Part shown: positions 12,370-24,230 of the stretch, one piece after another
How positions within the stretch are numbered: the stretch's first letter is position 1
Layout of the letters: the number at the start of each line of letters is the position of its first letter
Assembly (NCBI RefSeq): GCF_963921235.1
Contig: NC_086106.1
Location: forward strand, 24,862,001-24,926,000
Source of the DNA: Mobula hypostoma
Lineage: Eukaryota
Direction of reading: 5' to 3'
DNA length: 64,000 nucleotides
Notes under the pieces: generated by a model
Databases searched by the model: none
The model's input: only the letters and a program-made list of their open reading frames with translations
What the model was told of the DNA's origin: nothing
Position numbers and translations under genes: made by a program

Positions 12370-13978
12370 AATGGAGGCTGAGGAAATTATAAAGGCGCCG
12401 ACCTCGGAGGCATTACAGGATGCCAGGCAATCGGAATTGGTAGCTGTTGCCAAACGGTTTAATCTTACTAAGAGAAAGTCGACAATGAGGAGAGAGGAGG
12501 TACACAGATCTATCGTAGAGCACTATGTATCTAAAGATGTGTTTCCCCAAGGCGAGCTGGAGGTGGTGTCTATTGAAAAACCTGCTGGAGACGCGGTACA
12601 GGTACAGCTTGAAAGACTGATACTCGAGCACGAGTTCCGGGTACGGCAGTTAGAACACGAAGAGAAGCAGTTAGAAAGGCGGGAGAAGGAGAGACAGTTA
12701 GAAAGGCAAGAGAGAGAGAGACAGTTGGAGAGAGAAGAGAAAGAGAGAGAGAGTCGTTGGAGAGAGAGGAGAAAGAGAGGCAATGGGAGCGAGTAAGGGA
12801 ATTTGAGCTGGAGAAGTTAAAGATAAGGGCCGAGCAGGGGCTCGTGCCGAACCAAGGTGGAGGGTTCCGGGCGACCCAGGAAGTTAGGCTGGTTCCCCCA
12901 TTTGACGATATCGACGTGGATCGGTACTTTCTCCACTTCGAGAAAGTGGCTATAAGTCAGGACTTGCCGAGGGATAAGTGGGTTGTCTTACTTCAGAGTG
13001 TACTGAAAGGGAAAGCCCAAGAAGCTTACTCCGTTCTGTCCGCAGAAGATGCCCAGAGGTATGAGGTGGTAAAAGAGGGTCATCCTCAGGATTTATGAGT
13101 TGGTCCCGGAGGCATACCGGCAGAGGTTCCGGAATGCGAGGAAGCAGTGGGACCGCACGTATTTGGAGTTTGCCCGTGAGATGCAGACATATTGTGAGCG
13201 TTGTCGCGCCTCGAAGGAGGTAGAGGGGGATTATAACAGACTGCTACAGCTAATCCTAATTGAGCAGTTTAAAGGTTGTGTCCCTGAGAGTATGAGACCC
13301 TACCTAGATGAGAAAGAGGCAGGCACGTTAGCCGCAACTGCTAAGTTAGCGGATGAGTATGCGTTGACGCATAAAATGAAGTTTGCCCCGAGTAAAGGCT
13401 ACCAGAAGGGTAGTCAGGACGGCGGTGAGAGTCCGCCGGAAAAGTCAGAACGTAAGCCGGGGACTAGTGAGAAGGATAAGGTAGACCGGGAGCAGTCTGG
13501 TAGGAAGTCTCCTGGGGTCGTCTGTTATAATTGCGGGAAAGTCGGACACTTTGCGTCCAGGTGCTTTGCCCCAAAGAAGGAGACGGGAAAAGGAAAAACG
13601 GCGATTTTGACTGCCTGTATCGAGCTGGTAAACGAACCGCTAGGACAGGACAGCTCTGCCAAAGTTCAGGAAGGGCGCGAGAGGTTTATCTCGGCCGGAT
13701 TTGTGTCAGTGAAGAAGGGGTTAAAACCTGTTCCAGTGCGGATCTGGAGAGACACGGTAGCGTGTCAGTCACTAATACTGAAGAGTGTATTAGAGTTTAG
13801 CTCAGAAACCCAGACTGGGGAGGTCAAGTTCAAAGGTGTTGGGGAAGGGACGGAAGCCGTGCCTTTTCACCAGATACACTTACAAAGCAACCTGGTCTCT
13901 GGACTAGTCACGATCGGGGTGAGGCCCGAATTACCGATGAAAGGCGAGGGCTCACAGGTTCATCAAGGACTGCGGTAG
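12370..13978 (+). pseudogene. gag: Gypsy-A gag-protease (SCAN-like capsid, CCHC knuckle, PR); frameshifted
   Basis: VPPF..DRYFLHFEK..LLQSVLKGKAQEAY; YRQRFR; CYNCGKVGHFASRC; RIWRDTVACQSLI (D-T-G decayed). Confidence 0.85.
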
Positions 13979-14106
13979 TAAATTTAGCCGAGGCGTTTCT
14001 GCCAGCCTTGTAGGAGAAGCGGGTAGAAAGTGAAAATAAGGAGTGTAATGAAACAAGAGGTAGTGAGGGAGCTGAGACAGACTTAGCATTAGCCAGGAAA
14101 GAATTT

Positions 14107-15260
14107 ATGCAGGCGCAGGAGAGAGACGAGGGGCTGATGGTTTTGGCAGGGACAGCTCTCTCTGACACAGAATTAACAAGGGAACTTGTAGGCTATTGTG
14201 TGGAAGAGGAAGTGCTAAGGAAGAAAGGGAAACCAAGTACAGTACCCGCAGATGAGGAATGGGGGGTGGTCCAGAAGAGTTATGGGGATGAGATTTTTAA
14301 CCTGGCCCACAAGGTATCCCCCGGTGGACATTTTGCAGTGCTGGAGGAAACAGTTGGTGGAATCATGAAAGAGGTTTACCGGCTGCCCAGGAGGAAGGAT
14401 GTTATTGATTATGGCCGACGCGAATTGAGACGGTCACAGGCTTTTGATATGCTAACAAACCTAGTCGTTGTTAGCGCGGAAATCAACGAAGCTAGGGCCC
14501 GCCTGATAAGAGAAAAAAAAAACATTTTGAAAAGATGAGTATGGTATCGACCAGTTGGGAGAAGGCTATTGTTTTGGCCAGCTCTGCTGATAAGGTCTCT
14601 CCCTTAATCCCCGAACAAAGCGACTCTTTAAGAGAAGTGATTAAACGACTCGCACACGTGTGTTTGATTGTCCCGAGGCGATGCAAAGAACTGGGACGTT
14701 GGATGGTGTTTGTTACACTAGGCCAGCCTGGCGAACACAGTCTTATAGAATGAGTAACTCGATGACTAAAGGGCTGACGAACACAGAGGTGTGTATTGGC
14801 GATGTCATAAGGCTGTCTGAAGTCAGCTTGAGAGTGACCCTTGAAAAAAATGAGTTCGGCCGCACGAAGGTCACTTACCTGGGAATTGTGGTGTCATGGG
14901 GGCAGCTGGCAGCGATACAAGCTACAGTGCAGGCTATCGCTGACATCCCAACCCCGACAGACAAGAGGGCCCTAAAAAGGCTCTTGGAGGTGGTGGGGTA
15001 CTGTAGGAGGTTTTGCAATAACTCTGCGGTTACTACCCCTCCGCCTCCTACTAAGCCCTTGCGAGAGAAAACTAAGTCGGAATGGGACGACACTTGTTAT
15101 CGTGGTCCGGGACGCAACCCAATGAGAGGTTACATTGATCGCAATTCATCGGTGTTTTTGGCCACTATGAAGTTTGCTAAGTTGGAGCCTGGTCTAAGGG
15201 ATTATTAAAAACACATATAAAAGGAACAGAAAATGTGATGGCTGACTGTCTGTCAGGTGT
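14107..15260 (+). pseudogene. pol: Gypsy-A integrase Zn-binding remnant followed by RT remnant
   Basis: LAHKVSPGGHF..KDVIDY (IN HHCC half) lies upstream of VCIGDV..LEKNEFGRTKVTYLG (RT). Confidence 0.7.
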
Positions 15261-16081
15261 TGACAACTTCAAACTCGCTGTATTAGCCAAATAGCTGATA
15301 AAGATGTATATTTGTGTGTATCAAATAATGTATTCATGTTTGTAATTTTCACCCCCGGTAAAAATCCTTAAAGAGGGGAAGTGTGACCAGAATACTCATA
15401 GATTAAGATGTAGCTGTCCTGTGCTGGCACCAGTGAAATCAGCAGTTGGTCTGCCGTCTGTCTTCAGGAGAGAGAGAGATAAGGAAAACCATGGAGCAGC
15501 ATTTGGAGATGTATAATGAAGGGACGGGAGAGAGAGTAACAGAAGCAGAGAACTGTTAATATCGGCTCCCCCTTTGAACCCTGAACTGTTTGAAATGATG
15601 GACGGGCGATACCCCAGCAGGGGGATAAAAAGGGACAGGTTCGCTAAGGCAGGAACGGAGGGGTCACGGTCGGTGACCTCAGATGACATCACAAAGGACT
15701 CGCCTGAAAGCTGACTCGAAGGTCTGTGTGGAAGCCATTTTGAATATTCATTCGTTTTTGCTCTCTCTCTCCTTCCCCCCACTATCCATCGCCACGGCAG
15801 CGATTACTGCGAACTGAACTGAACTAAATTGAACTGAACTTTGCGTCACTTTGAAACTGGTAATTTACCCCTAGACAACGATAGAGCTTGATTGATCCTG
15901 TTATCTTGATTCTGTGTACATGTATGTTTATCATTGCTGAACTATTGGATTCATTATCCTTTTGATTAGAGTACTGCGTTGCTTGTTTCTTTAATAAAAC
16001 TTTTTTAGTTCTAGTAATCTAGACTCCAACTGAGTGATCCATTTCTGCTGGTTTGGCAACCCAGTTACGGGGTACATAAAA

Positions 16082-18100
16082 CTGACCATCCGTTCCAGCA
16101 TTTTGAGAATGTTTTCAATGATTGCGTCACTGCAGTGCACACTCAGACTTATGGGGATAGGCGCAGGCCTGCTGCCTATTATTCCACTAAGTTAGACCCC
16201 GTAGCGCTGGGATTAACCCCCGGCTCACAGAAGTTTCCGGCGATTTACTCCATAGTTACGAGTGCTTCCAACATCACTCTCCGAAAGCATGTTACAGTGT
16301 ATTCGTCCCATGCCATTGCAGCCCTGTTGACCTCCTACCAGAACGAAAATCTGACCCAGGCCAGACTAAGTCGCTATGAAATAGCTTTACTTAATAGTCC
16401 ACTCCTGACCTTTGCTTACCGTAATGCCATCAACCCCGCTACATTTTTAGAGACGGATCCCGTCGTGTTGACAGAACCACTTCATGACTGTCTGCTACGG
16501 AACCATTTTGTCACCACACCACGCCCCGAACTCTCAGATGCAGCTATTCCAGGGGCACAACTTGCCCTATACGAGGATGGCTGTTTCACCGTATTGGAGA
16601 CCGGGGAACGCTTCTGCGGCTATGCCGTTGTCGGCGATGACCACATGCACAAAAGTGGCGCTCTACAGCCCCCAGTCTCCGCCCAAAAAGCAGAACCTTT
16701 TGCTCTCACTCGCGTCTGCATTCTGCTAAGGACAAAAAAGGTCAATATTTCTACAGACTCTCGCTACGCAGTTGGGGTGGCCCACGACTTTGGGCAACTC
16801 TGGACGCAGCGGAGGTTTAGTCCAGTCCTCCGGGATCCCCATCCAGATTGTCATTTATGTAAAGAATCTCCTCCAGGCTAGACTCCTCGCCGAAAATAAA
16901 AAAAGGTCATTATGAAGTGATCGGCTCATCTAAAAGACGAATCTGCAGTGACTAAGGGAAACTACATGGCTGAATTGGCAGCCAGGCAGGTTCGCCGGGA
17001 TAGACCATTATAGTTTCCAAGGCAAAGCAATTGGCCTTCACCGTGACTAAATCACCACGAGTGCCGGGCATTTCAGACAGGGCTACAGTTCAAAAACTCT
17101 AGGGGGACGCCCCGATTCAGAAAAATAGCTCTCGAAGGCATATGGATGTGCGCATTCGGTGTCCACAGGACTCTATCATGACCCAGTTGACCAAGTTTGT
17201 ATTCCTGATGCTTTGTTACAAATGCTGATTGATTGCCTGCATACGAACACCCACCTTGGCAAGGAGGGAATTGGTATTATTTTGCTCCGCACATGGTGGC
17301 ACCCAAGGCTGGAGAAGGCTGACAGAGCAAAAATGCAAGCCTATTTGATTTGCCAAAAAAAAAACGCGGGAAAATGAGTAAGATATGACCCGGGGAAAAA
17401 AAAAAAACCTTACCAAGTGGTCCTTTTGAATGTATTCAGTTCGATGTTATCAAACGACCGCGTGTACAGTGTTCTAAGTATTGTTTAGTGATTGTAGATG
17501 TGTTCAGTAGATGGATTGAAGCCTTTCCCACTACTAATACTAAAGCTTCCACTCTGGTAAGGTTGTTACTTACAGAGATTATATCAAGATTCGGGGTACC
17601 CAGACAGATAAGTTCTGACAATGGCCTCATTCTATAGGGAAAATAAACAAAGGGCTGTGTGAGTTGCTGCTCATTGAGCACAGTTTCATTGTGTCTACCA
17701 CCCGAAGGCAGCAGAAATGGTGCAGGTGGCTAACTACACCCTGAAAATACGTTGTCTAAGTTAATATCCGAAATTGGACTGAGCTGGCTGAAGGTCCTTT
17801 CGTTAGCTTCATACCATATGAGAATTACCCCACATTCAACTACAGGGGTAATGCAGCTGAAATTGTCTGTGGACGCCCTGAAAGGACCCTATGAGACGCT
17901 AACACGCAGCCTCTCACCCAAGTTAACGTTAATGTCATGAGGGATGAATTGCAGAAGTACTTTCGCCAACGAACATCCTCTCTAAAGTTTCTCCATTCCC
18001 AGGTAAAGAATACCCTTAAGGATTCCGGAGGACGAGGAACGGAGTGCCCGGAGTTGAAAATTGGAGCATCGGTGCTGATCAGGGATTGTAATGGCACTCA
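16082..18100 (+). pseudogene. pol: ERV pol (RNase H and integrase), decayed
   Basis: RRPAAYYSTKLDPVA; SAQKAE..ALTR; ISTDSRYA; HTNTHLGKE; LVIVDVFSRWIEAFPT; ISSDNG. Confidence 0.9.
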
Positions 18101-18149
18101 TCTGTCATCTGGTTCAGGGAGTTTTGAATACTCCTCCCTGTATCGCGAG

Positions 18150-18610
18150 GAGTACTGATAGTATGATGAAATCGTAATTCGTACGAATTCTTGCTACAGG
18201 GCCAAGACAGGATACGTTTTCTTGTTTAACGGCACCTGTACTACGGCCACCACCATTCTATCTACGCTCTTTGCGGTTGGAACAATTGGGGGGTGGTGCA
18301 TGCGCCATAGTCGGAGAAAAATGCATCACCCATGTTACTGATGAATCATACAATGCAACTCATTCCATCCAATCTATTTAGAAACAATTGGAAGACTTCA
18401 GGCAAGGTTCTGAGAAAGGGGTTGGCTGGTTCGGATGGTTGCTGGGAGGATCTTTGAGGGCTTACTTACTGCACGGGCTGATTGTTTCCATTGCTATAAT
18501 TGTCGTGTATTGCGCGATAATGACTTTGCCTAAACGCTGGCTGCAGAATTTTCATGGAAAGGATGACGATGCCCTTTTGGAGCTCCATTTAATTAGAGAC
18601 CATGATATGC
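18150..18610 (+). pseudogene. env: ERV env remnant (mostly deleted; TM C-terminus kept)
   Basis: GWFGWLLGG..LLHGLIVSIAIIVVYC membrane anchor just before the PPT. Confidence 0.6.
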
Positions 18611-18611
18611 T

Positions 18612-19309
18612 AAAAGGGGGGAATGATAGAGCAGAGGAGAGGTAAATATGGGTATAGACTAAGAGCAGCAATCAGCTATTGATCAATTAATTTATGAGTA
18701 TCTTATGTAAATGTCGCTGGGCAAGTCAGAAAGAAACCCTACCCAGCAAAATGCGACATACTAAACATTGTTCTCTGAAAGTGCTAGATAAAGGCTCAAA
18801 TAAGGAATTACCTGTTCATACTGGAGCATTTTGAGGCATAATTAAATATTGGTAAAAGAATGATTGAAGGGACATTTCAGGGTATAACTAAATATGGGAA
18901 GGATAGCATAGGGGACAGAACGTTCGAGAGAAAGGGGGCCGTGTCAATATAAGCAACTGATGTTGTATCCAGGCAGGCTTTGGCATAAAATAATTATAAC
19001 TAACCTTAGATGATTTTACATCTAAAACTATATTAGCATATGGTCGAAACAGTTAACATGTGATTGAAACTATTCTAAAACCGTTAACTCGGGTAATTGT
19101 AAGATTTCCTGTCGACGGGATGATCGATGTTATAAATTGTGAAGAATTGTGATTCGCGGGAGGGTACTGTCCGTACTGGCTCTTTGGGAGATCAGTCTGT
19201 ACTTCCCCCATAGCATGCTACGAATAAAGGGTAAAGCTTGAGAGAGTATTTCGTGTGTTATTGCGTTTGCGGTGTCTGCGTTCTTGCATCTGGTCAATCC
19301 GTCGTGACA
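18612..19309 (+). repeat. ERV PPT and 3' LTR (LTR 18624-19309)
   Basis: AAAAGGGGGGAA then TGATAG...GTGACA; TATAAA 19131; AATAAA 19223. Confidence 0.9.
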
Positions 19310-20276
19310 CCAGGACATCTCTTTGGAAACAGACGTAGTGCCGAACTCCTACACAGTTTATTGAACACAACGAGACCGTTCCCAACACAAGTTTGCGGCG
19401 AACGGCCGGACCTACCTAGCGAAGACGAGTGCAAACAGAACGATAGTTCCACACACGATAGACAGATTCTTATCTTGACAGCAAGGCTATGCTCTTTCTC
19501 CAGCGGTAGAACTTGACGGCGAAACAGGCAAGGCGTAAGAAGGACGTGGAAGAGAAAGGAACAGTGCAGCCTCAGGTTAACGACAAAGACGGCCTGGCTT
19601 ACCCAACGGAGGCAAGAAGAGGAAAGGATAGATTCAACAGCAGAAACACGGCAAAGACGGCCTAACTTGCCCACGAAGGAGAGGACGGGATACTGAAGGC
19701 ACGAACCAGCATACACACTCGAACCCAGGGACTCTTATATTCCCAGCCCCAAGACAAGCATCAGGTGCCTATGATTAAGCCCAACTGAAACAAGGGACAG
19801 CAGGAAGACTCGAAGTCCGGAGTCCACGGACCAGACCGTGAACAGGAACGTGGCCTTCAAGAGCCAGACCATGTCAGTAGCACCCCGTTTATGGGAGTCT
19901 CCAGGCGACCGAATAGTCTCTCCAGGACTAAGGCCGACCTGGGCGGGTGTGTGTGGGGGGGGGGGGGAGGTATTCAATCAGCTGAAAACCCATGAAGACG
20001 AGAGTTAGATGAGAGTGTCTGCGTTGCTGGGTCCATGTATGGCTGGTTCCTTCTGTCATAGCCGGGGCGCTGGGAGGCGGACCCAAATGCAAGACACAGG
20101 CACTGAAGTACGACGAACTGGACTGCACTAGGGTCAGGGACAGGACAGGACACAGACTATGAGCTGGGACTTGGGCTAGGATTTTGGTCAGGAAAACGGG
20201 ACAACGGCAAGGAACTGGGAAATAAGAGCCTGGACTTGGACTCCGAGCCTAAGTCTGGAGAAGGACCCAGAACCTG
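19310..20276 (-). mobile_element. Gypsy-B remainder: rest of 3' LTR, gag start (MDPA) and truncated 5' LTR (20054-20276)
   Basis: Tandem unit of 4980-5112 resumes; minus strand reads ..tatgaca gaaggaaccagcc atac ATGGACCCAGCA. Confidence 0.65.
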
Positions 20277-22638
20277 TGTACCTTACGAATCCCTGTCACA
20301 ATATGTTGACAGACCGACTAGGGGGAATGCCATACTGGATCTATTATTAGGTGACGAACCGCGTCAGGACACAGATCTCTCAGAGGGGGAGCAGCTGGGT
20401 GACAGTGACAACCGCTACCTGGCATTTAACATTATCATAGAAGAGGATAGAATTAGAGATAACAGGAAAATGTTTAATTGGGCAAGAGCAAATTGTGAGG
20501 CTACAAGGCTAGAACTTGCTTGTGTGAATTGGGATGAGGTTTTGCAGGGAAATGTACTTTGGACATGTGGTCGATGTTTACCGATCTCTTGCTGGATGTT
20601 CGGGATAAATTTGTCCCGGTGAGGAAGATAAAGAATGGCAGGGTGAAGGAGCCTTGTGTGACTAGTGAGGTGGAAAATTTAGTCAATTGGAAGAAGGCAG
20701 CATACATGAGGTTTAGGAAGCAAGGATCAGATGGGTCTATTGAGGAATATAGGGCAGAAAAAAAAGAGCTTAAGAAGGGGCTGAGGATAGCAAGAAGGGG
20801 GACATGAGAAGGCACTGGCGAGTAGGGTAATGGAAAACACCAAGGCATTTTTCAATTATGTGAAATGCAAAATTATGACAGGACTGAAGGTTAGACCAAT
20901 TAGAGAGAAAGGTGGGAAGATGTCCCTGCAGGCTGTGGAAGTGTGCGAGGTCCTCAATGAGTTCTTCTCTCCGGTATTCACCAATGAGAGGGAACTTGAT
21001 GAAGGTGAGGACAATATGAGTGAGGTTGATGTGATGGACCAGGTTGATATTTAAGGAGAGGAGGTGTTGGAGTTGTTAAAATACATTAGGATGGATAAGT
21101 TCCCGGGCCTAACGGAACATTCCCCAGGCTGCGACACGAGGCGAGGGAAGAAATTGCTGAGCCTCTGGCTACGATCTTTATGTCGTCGTTGTCCGCGGGA
21201 ATGGTACCGCAGGATTGGAGGGAGACGAATATTGTCCCCTTGTTCGAAACGGTAATAGGGATAGTCCGGGAAATTATAGACCAGTGATCCTTACGTTGGT
21301 GGTGGGAAAGCTGTTGGAAAACATACTTAGAGATAGGATCTCTGGGCCTTTAGAGAATCATGGTCTGATTAGGGTCAGTCAGCCTGGCTTTGTGAAGGGC
21401 AGATCGTGTCTAACAAGCCTTATGGAGTTCTTTGAGGAGGGCACCAGGCATATAGATGAGGGTAGTGCAGTGGATGTGATCTACATGTATTCTAAAGAGG
21501 AATTTGACAAGGTTCCACACGGTAGGCTTATTCAGAAAGTCAGAAGGCATGGGATCCAGGGAAGTTTGACCAGGTGAATTCGGAACTGGCTCACCTGCAG
21601 AAAGCAGAGGGTCGGGGTGCAGGGAGTACATTCGGATTGGAGGGTGGTAACTAGTGGTGTCCCACAAGCAACGGTTCTGGGACCTCTGCTTTTCGTGTTT
21701 TTTTATTAACGACCTGGATATGGTGGTAGAAGGGTGGGTTGGAAGGTTTACAGACGACGCAAAGGTTGGTGGTGTTGCGGATGGTGTAGAGGATTGTGGA
21801 AGATTGCAGTGAGACATTCATAGGATGCTGAAGTGGGCTGAGTAGTAGCAAATGAAGTTCAACCCGGAGAAGTTTATGGTGGTACACTTTGGAAGGACAA
21901 ACTCCAGGGAAGAGTACAAAGTAAATGGCAGGATAGTTGGTAGTGTGGAGGAGCTGAGGGATCTAGGAGAACATGTCCATATCTCCCTGAAAGTTGCCTC
22001 ACAGGTAGATCCAGTAGTTAAGTAAGCTTATGGAGTGTTAGCTTTCATAAGTCAAGGGACAGAGTTTAAGAGTCGCGGGGCAATAATGTAGCTCTCTAAA
22101 TCTCGGGTTCGGCCACACTTGGAGTACTGTCTCCAGTTCTGTTCGCCTCACTATAGGAAGGATGTGGAAGTATTGGAAAGGGCACAGAGGACATAACCAG
22201 GATGCTGCCTGGTTTAGAGGGTATGCATTATGATCAGAGATTAATGAAGCTAGGGCATTATTCTTTGTTGAAAAAAGAAAATGAGAGGAGACAGGATAGA
22301 GGCATATAGATATTAAGAGGAATAAATAGAGTGGACAGCCAGCGCCTCTTTCCCGGGGCACCACTGTTCAGTACAAGAAGATATAGTTTTAAGGTAAGTG
22401 GTGGGATTTTCAAGGGGTATATTAGAGGAAGTTTTTTTTTTACTCAGAGAGTGGTCGGTGCGTGCAATGCACTGCCTGAGTCAGTGGTGGAGGCAGACAA
22501 ACTACTGAAATTTAAGAGGCTGCCGGACAGGTATGTGGAGGAATTTAAGGCGGGAGGTAGGGTTTAAGGATCCGCACGACATTGTAGGTCGAAGGGCCTG
22601 TAATGTGCTGTACTATTCTATGGTTTATGTTCTATGTT
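20277..22638 (+). mobile_element. CR1-a right part (endonuclease and RT to 3' tail)
   Basis: Resumes at LSQYVDRPTRGNAILD, directly continuing KCV at 4482; RT motifs; ttctatggtttatgttctatg tail. Confidence 0.88.
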
Positions 22639-23179
22639 CCAAACATTACCTCGGAACTCCTGAACTCCATCCTGTGATTTTCGGATCTCAACGAAACAGT
22701 AGCTCTGTCAACAATTCTTTGGGGCTGCTAAATATGCTCCTATATACTCTATATTGAGCCTGCACAGAACCAGCTGAGAGCTGAGAGGTCCTGTGTAGGG
22801 TAGATAAATCACTGCATTTACCACAAACTCTAGGTAGAAGTTGTTCAGATCACAAAGCCGCGCTTCTGAAGGCATGTCCGTGATCAAGGGTCGGTTTGGG
22901 TTTTAAAGTCTTCGGTTCCTTAGAAGCATTGTCAGGGTATTAAATGTTACGGGCAAAATTCAAAAAATGGGCTGATAAGGGTAAATAATTAGCCATGATA
23001 AAATGATGTAGAAAACTCGACGGGCCGAATTCTGCTTACTCTGCTCCTATTTCGCATATTATTCTGGTTTGCTGAAAATTCGGTGCTTCGTTGTCGACTG
23101 AAGAAGTAGGAATTATCTGGCAGCCGTGCAGAAAAACTCTCTGCAACAATAGCAAAAAGCTAATCATCGGAGCCGGCTG

Positions 23180-24230
23180 ACTTCAGTCATCTCTCCGTTC
23201 CAAATGGTGTGGTTCTTCAACAAAGACATTGAGCGACGTTTTGATGGCAGACTTCACCTCTTTCCGGGCAGGCAGCTGCGGAAGGGTTTGAACTTAACCC
23301 AGTATATTGAGGATGGCTTTCAAATGCGACAAGTTACAGGCTCATTATTCGTTGATTTAACAGCAGCATACGACATTGTGAATTACAGAAGCCTTCGACT
23401 AAAATTATCTAAAATGTTAAAGAACGAAACCACAGTCAAAGTGATAAGTAGCCTCCTAGAAACTCGTAGATCTTATGTAGAAAGGAATGGAATTGAGAGT
23501 AAGTGGTGTCTACAGAAGAACGGACTACCACAGGTCTCAGTCCTGGCACCTCTACCATTTACTGTTTGCACAAATGATCAGCCAGCCTTTCCTAACACAG
23601 GCAGGTTTATCTATGCAGACGACTTTTACATAGCATCACAAGCTAACTCCTTCACAGAAGTTGCAGTACGACTTACAGCAGCTCTCGAAGCAATGAACCA
23701 GTATTAATAAAATAAATTCTCTGAATCGAAATCCATCAAAAACTCAAGTGTGCGCATTCCACCTGAGGAATCAAGAAGCAGCTCGGAAACTCAAGATCTT
23801 CTGCAGTGGGAAGGAGTTCGAACACCATCCAACTCCAATCTACCTGGGCGTGACACTGAATATGACGCTCTCATTTGCTACCCATATCCTAAACCACCGA
23901 GGGAAAGTTGCCTCTCGCAATTCCGTCTTGAAAAATTAGCATGCAGGAAATTGGGAGCTAATGCCAACACACTTTGATCAACTGCCCTAGCAGTCTGCTA
24001 TTCACCTGCAGAATACTGTGCACCTGTGTGGGGCAGATCAGCCCATGCGAAGAAAATAAACCCGTTGCTTAACCAAGCCTGCCGAATAATCACGGGCTTA
24101 CTGTGCCCCACACCCGCTAACTTTATTTACAGACTTGCAGGCATTGCTCCTCGAGAGATCCGTAGACATAGGCAACAAAAACTGAAATAGGTAAACAGAA
24201 CTCGGATCCACGGCACCCACTGTAGATTCC
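23180..24230 (+). mobile_element. I-group (Vingi/Ingi-like) LINE RT fragment
   Basis: FVDLTAAYD, QKNGLPQ(G)SVLAP..NDQP..RFIYADD, YLGVTL and GANANTL motifs. Confidence 0.7.

Larger units (their letters stand above)
11396..16081 (+). mobile_element. Gypsy-A (Gmr1-like) LTR retrotransposon, internally deleted
   Basis: LTRs 11396-12273 and 15382-16081; TSD CTGA on both sides; degenerate tRNA-Pro-like PBS at about 12278; PPT AAAGAGGGGAAG at 15370-15381. Confidence 0.92.
5113..19309 (+). mobile_element. Class I (gamma/epsilon-like) endogenous retrovirus, defective, with nested insertions
   Basis: Paired TG...CA LTRs, PBS, gag, RT/RNase H/IN and env remnants, PPT; 4-bp TSD CCGG/CCAG. Confidence 0.9.
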
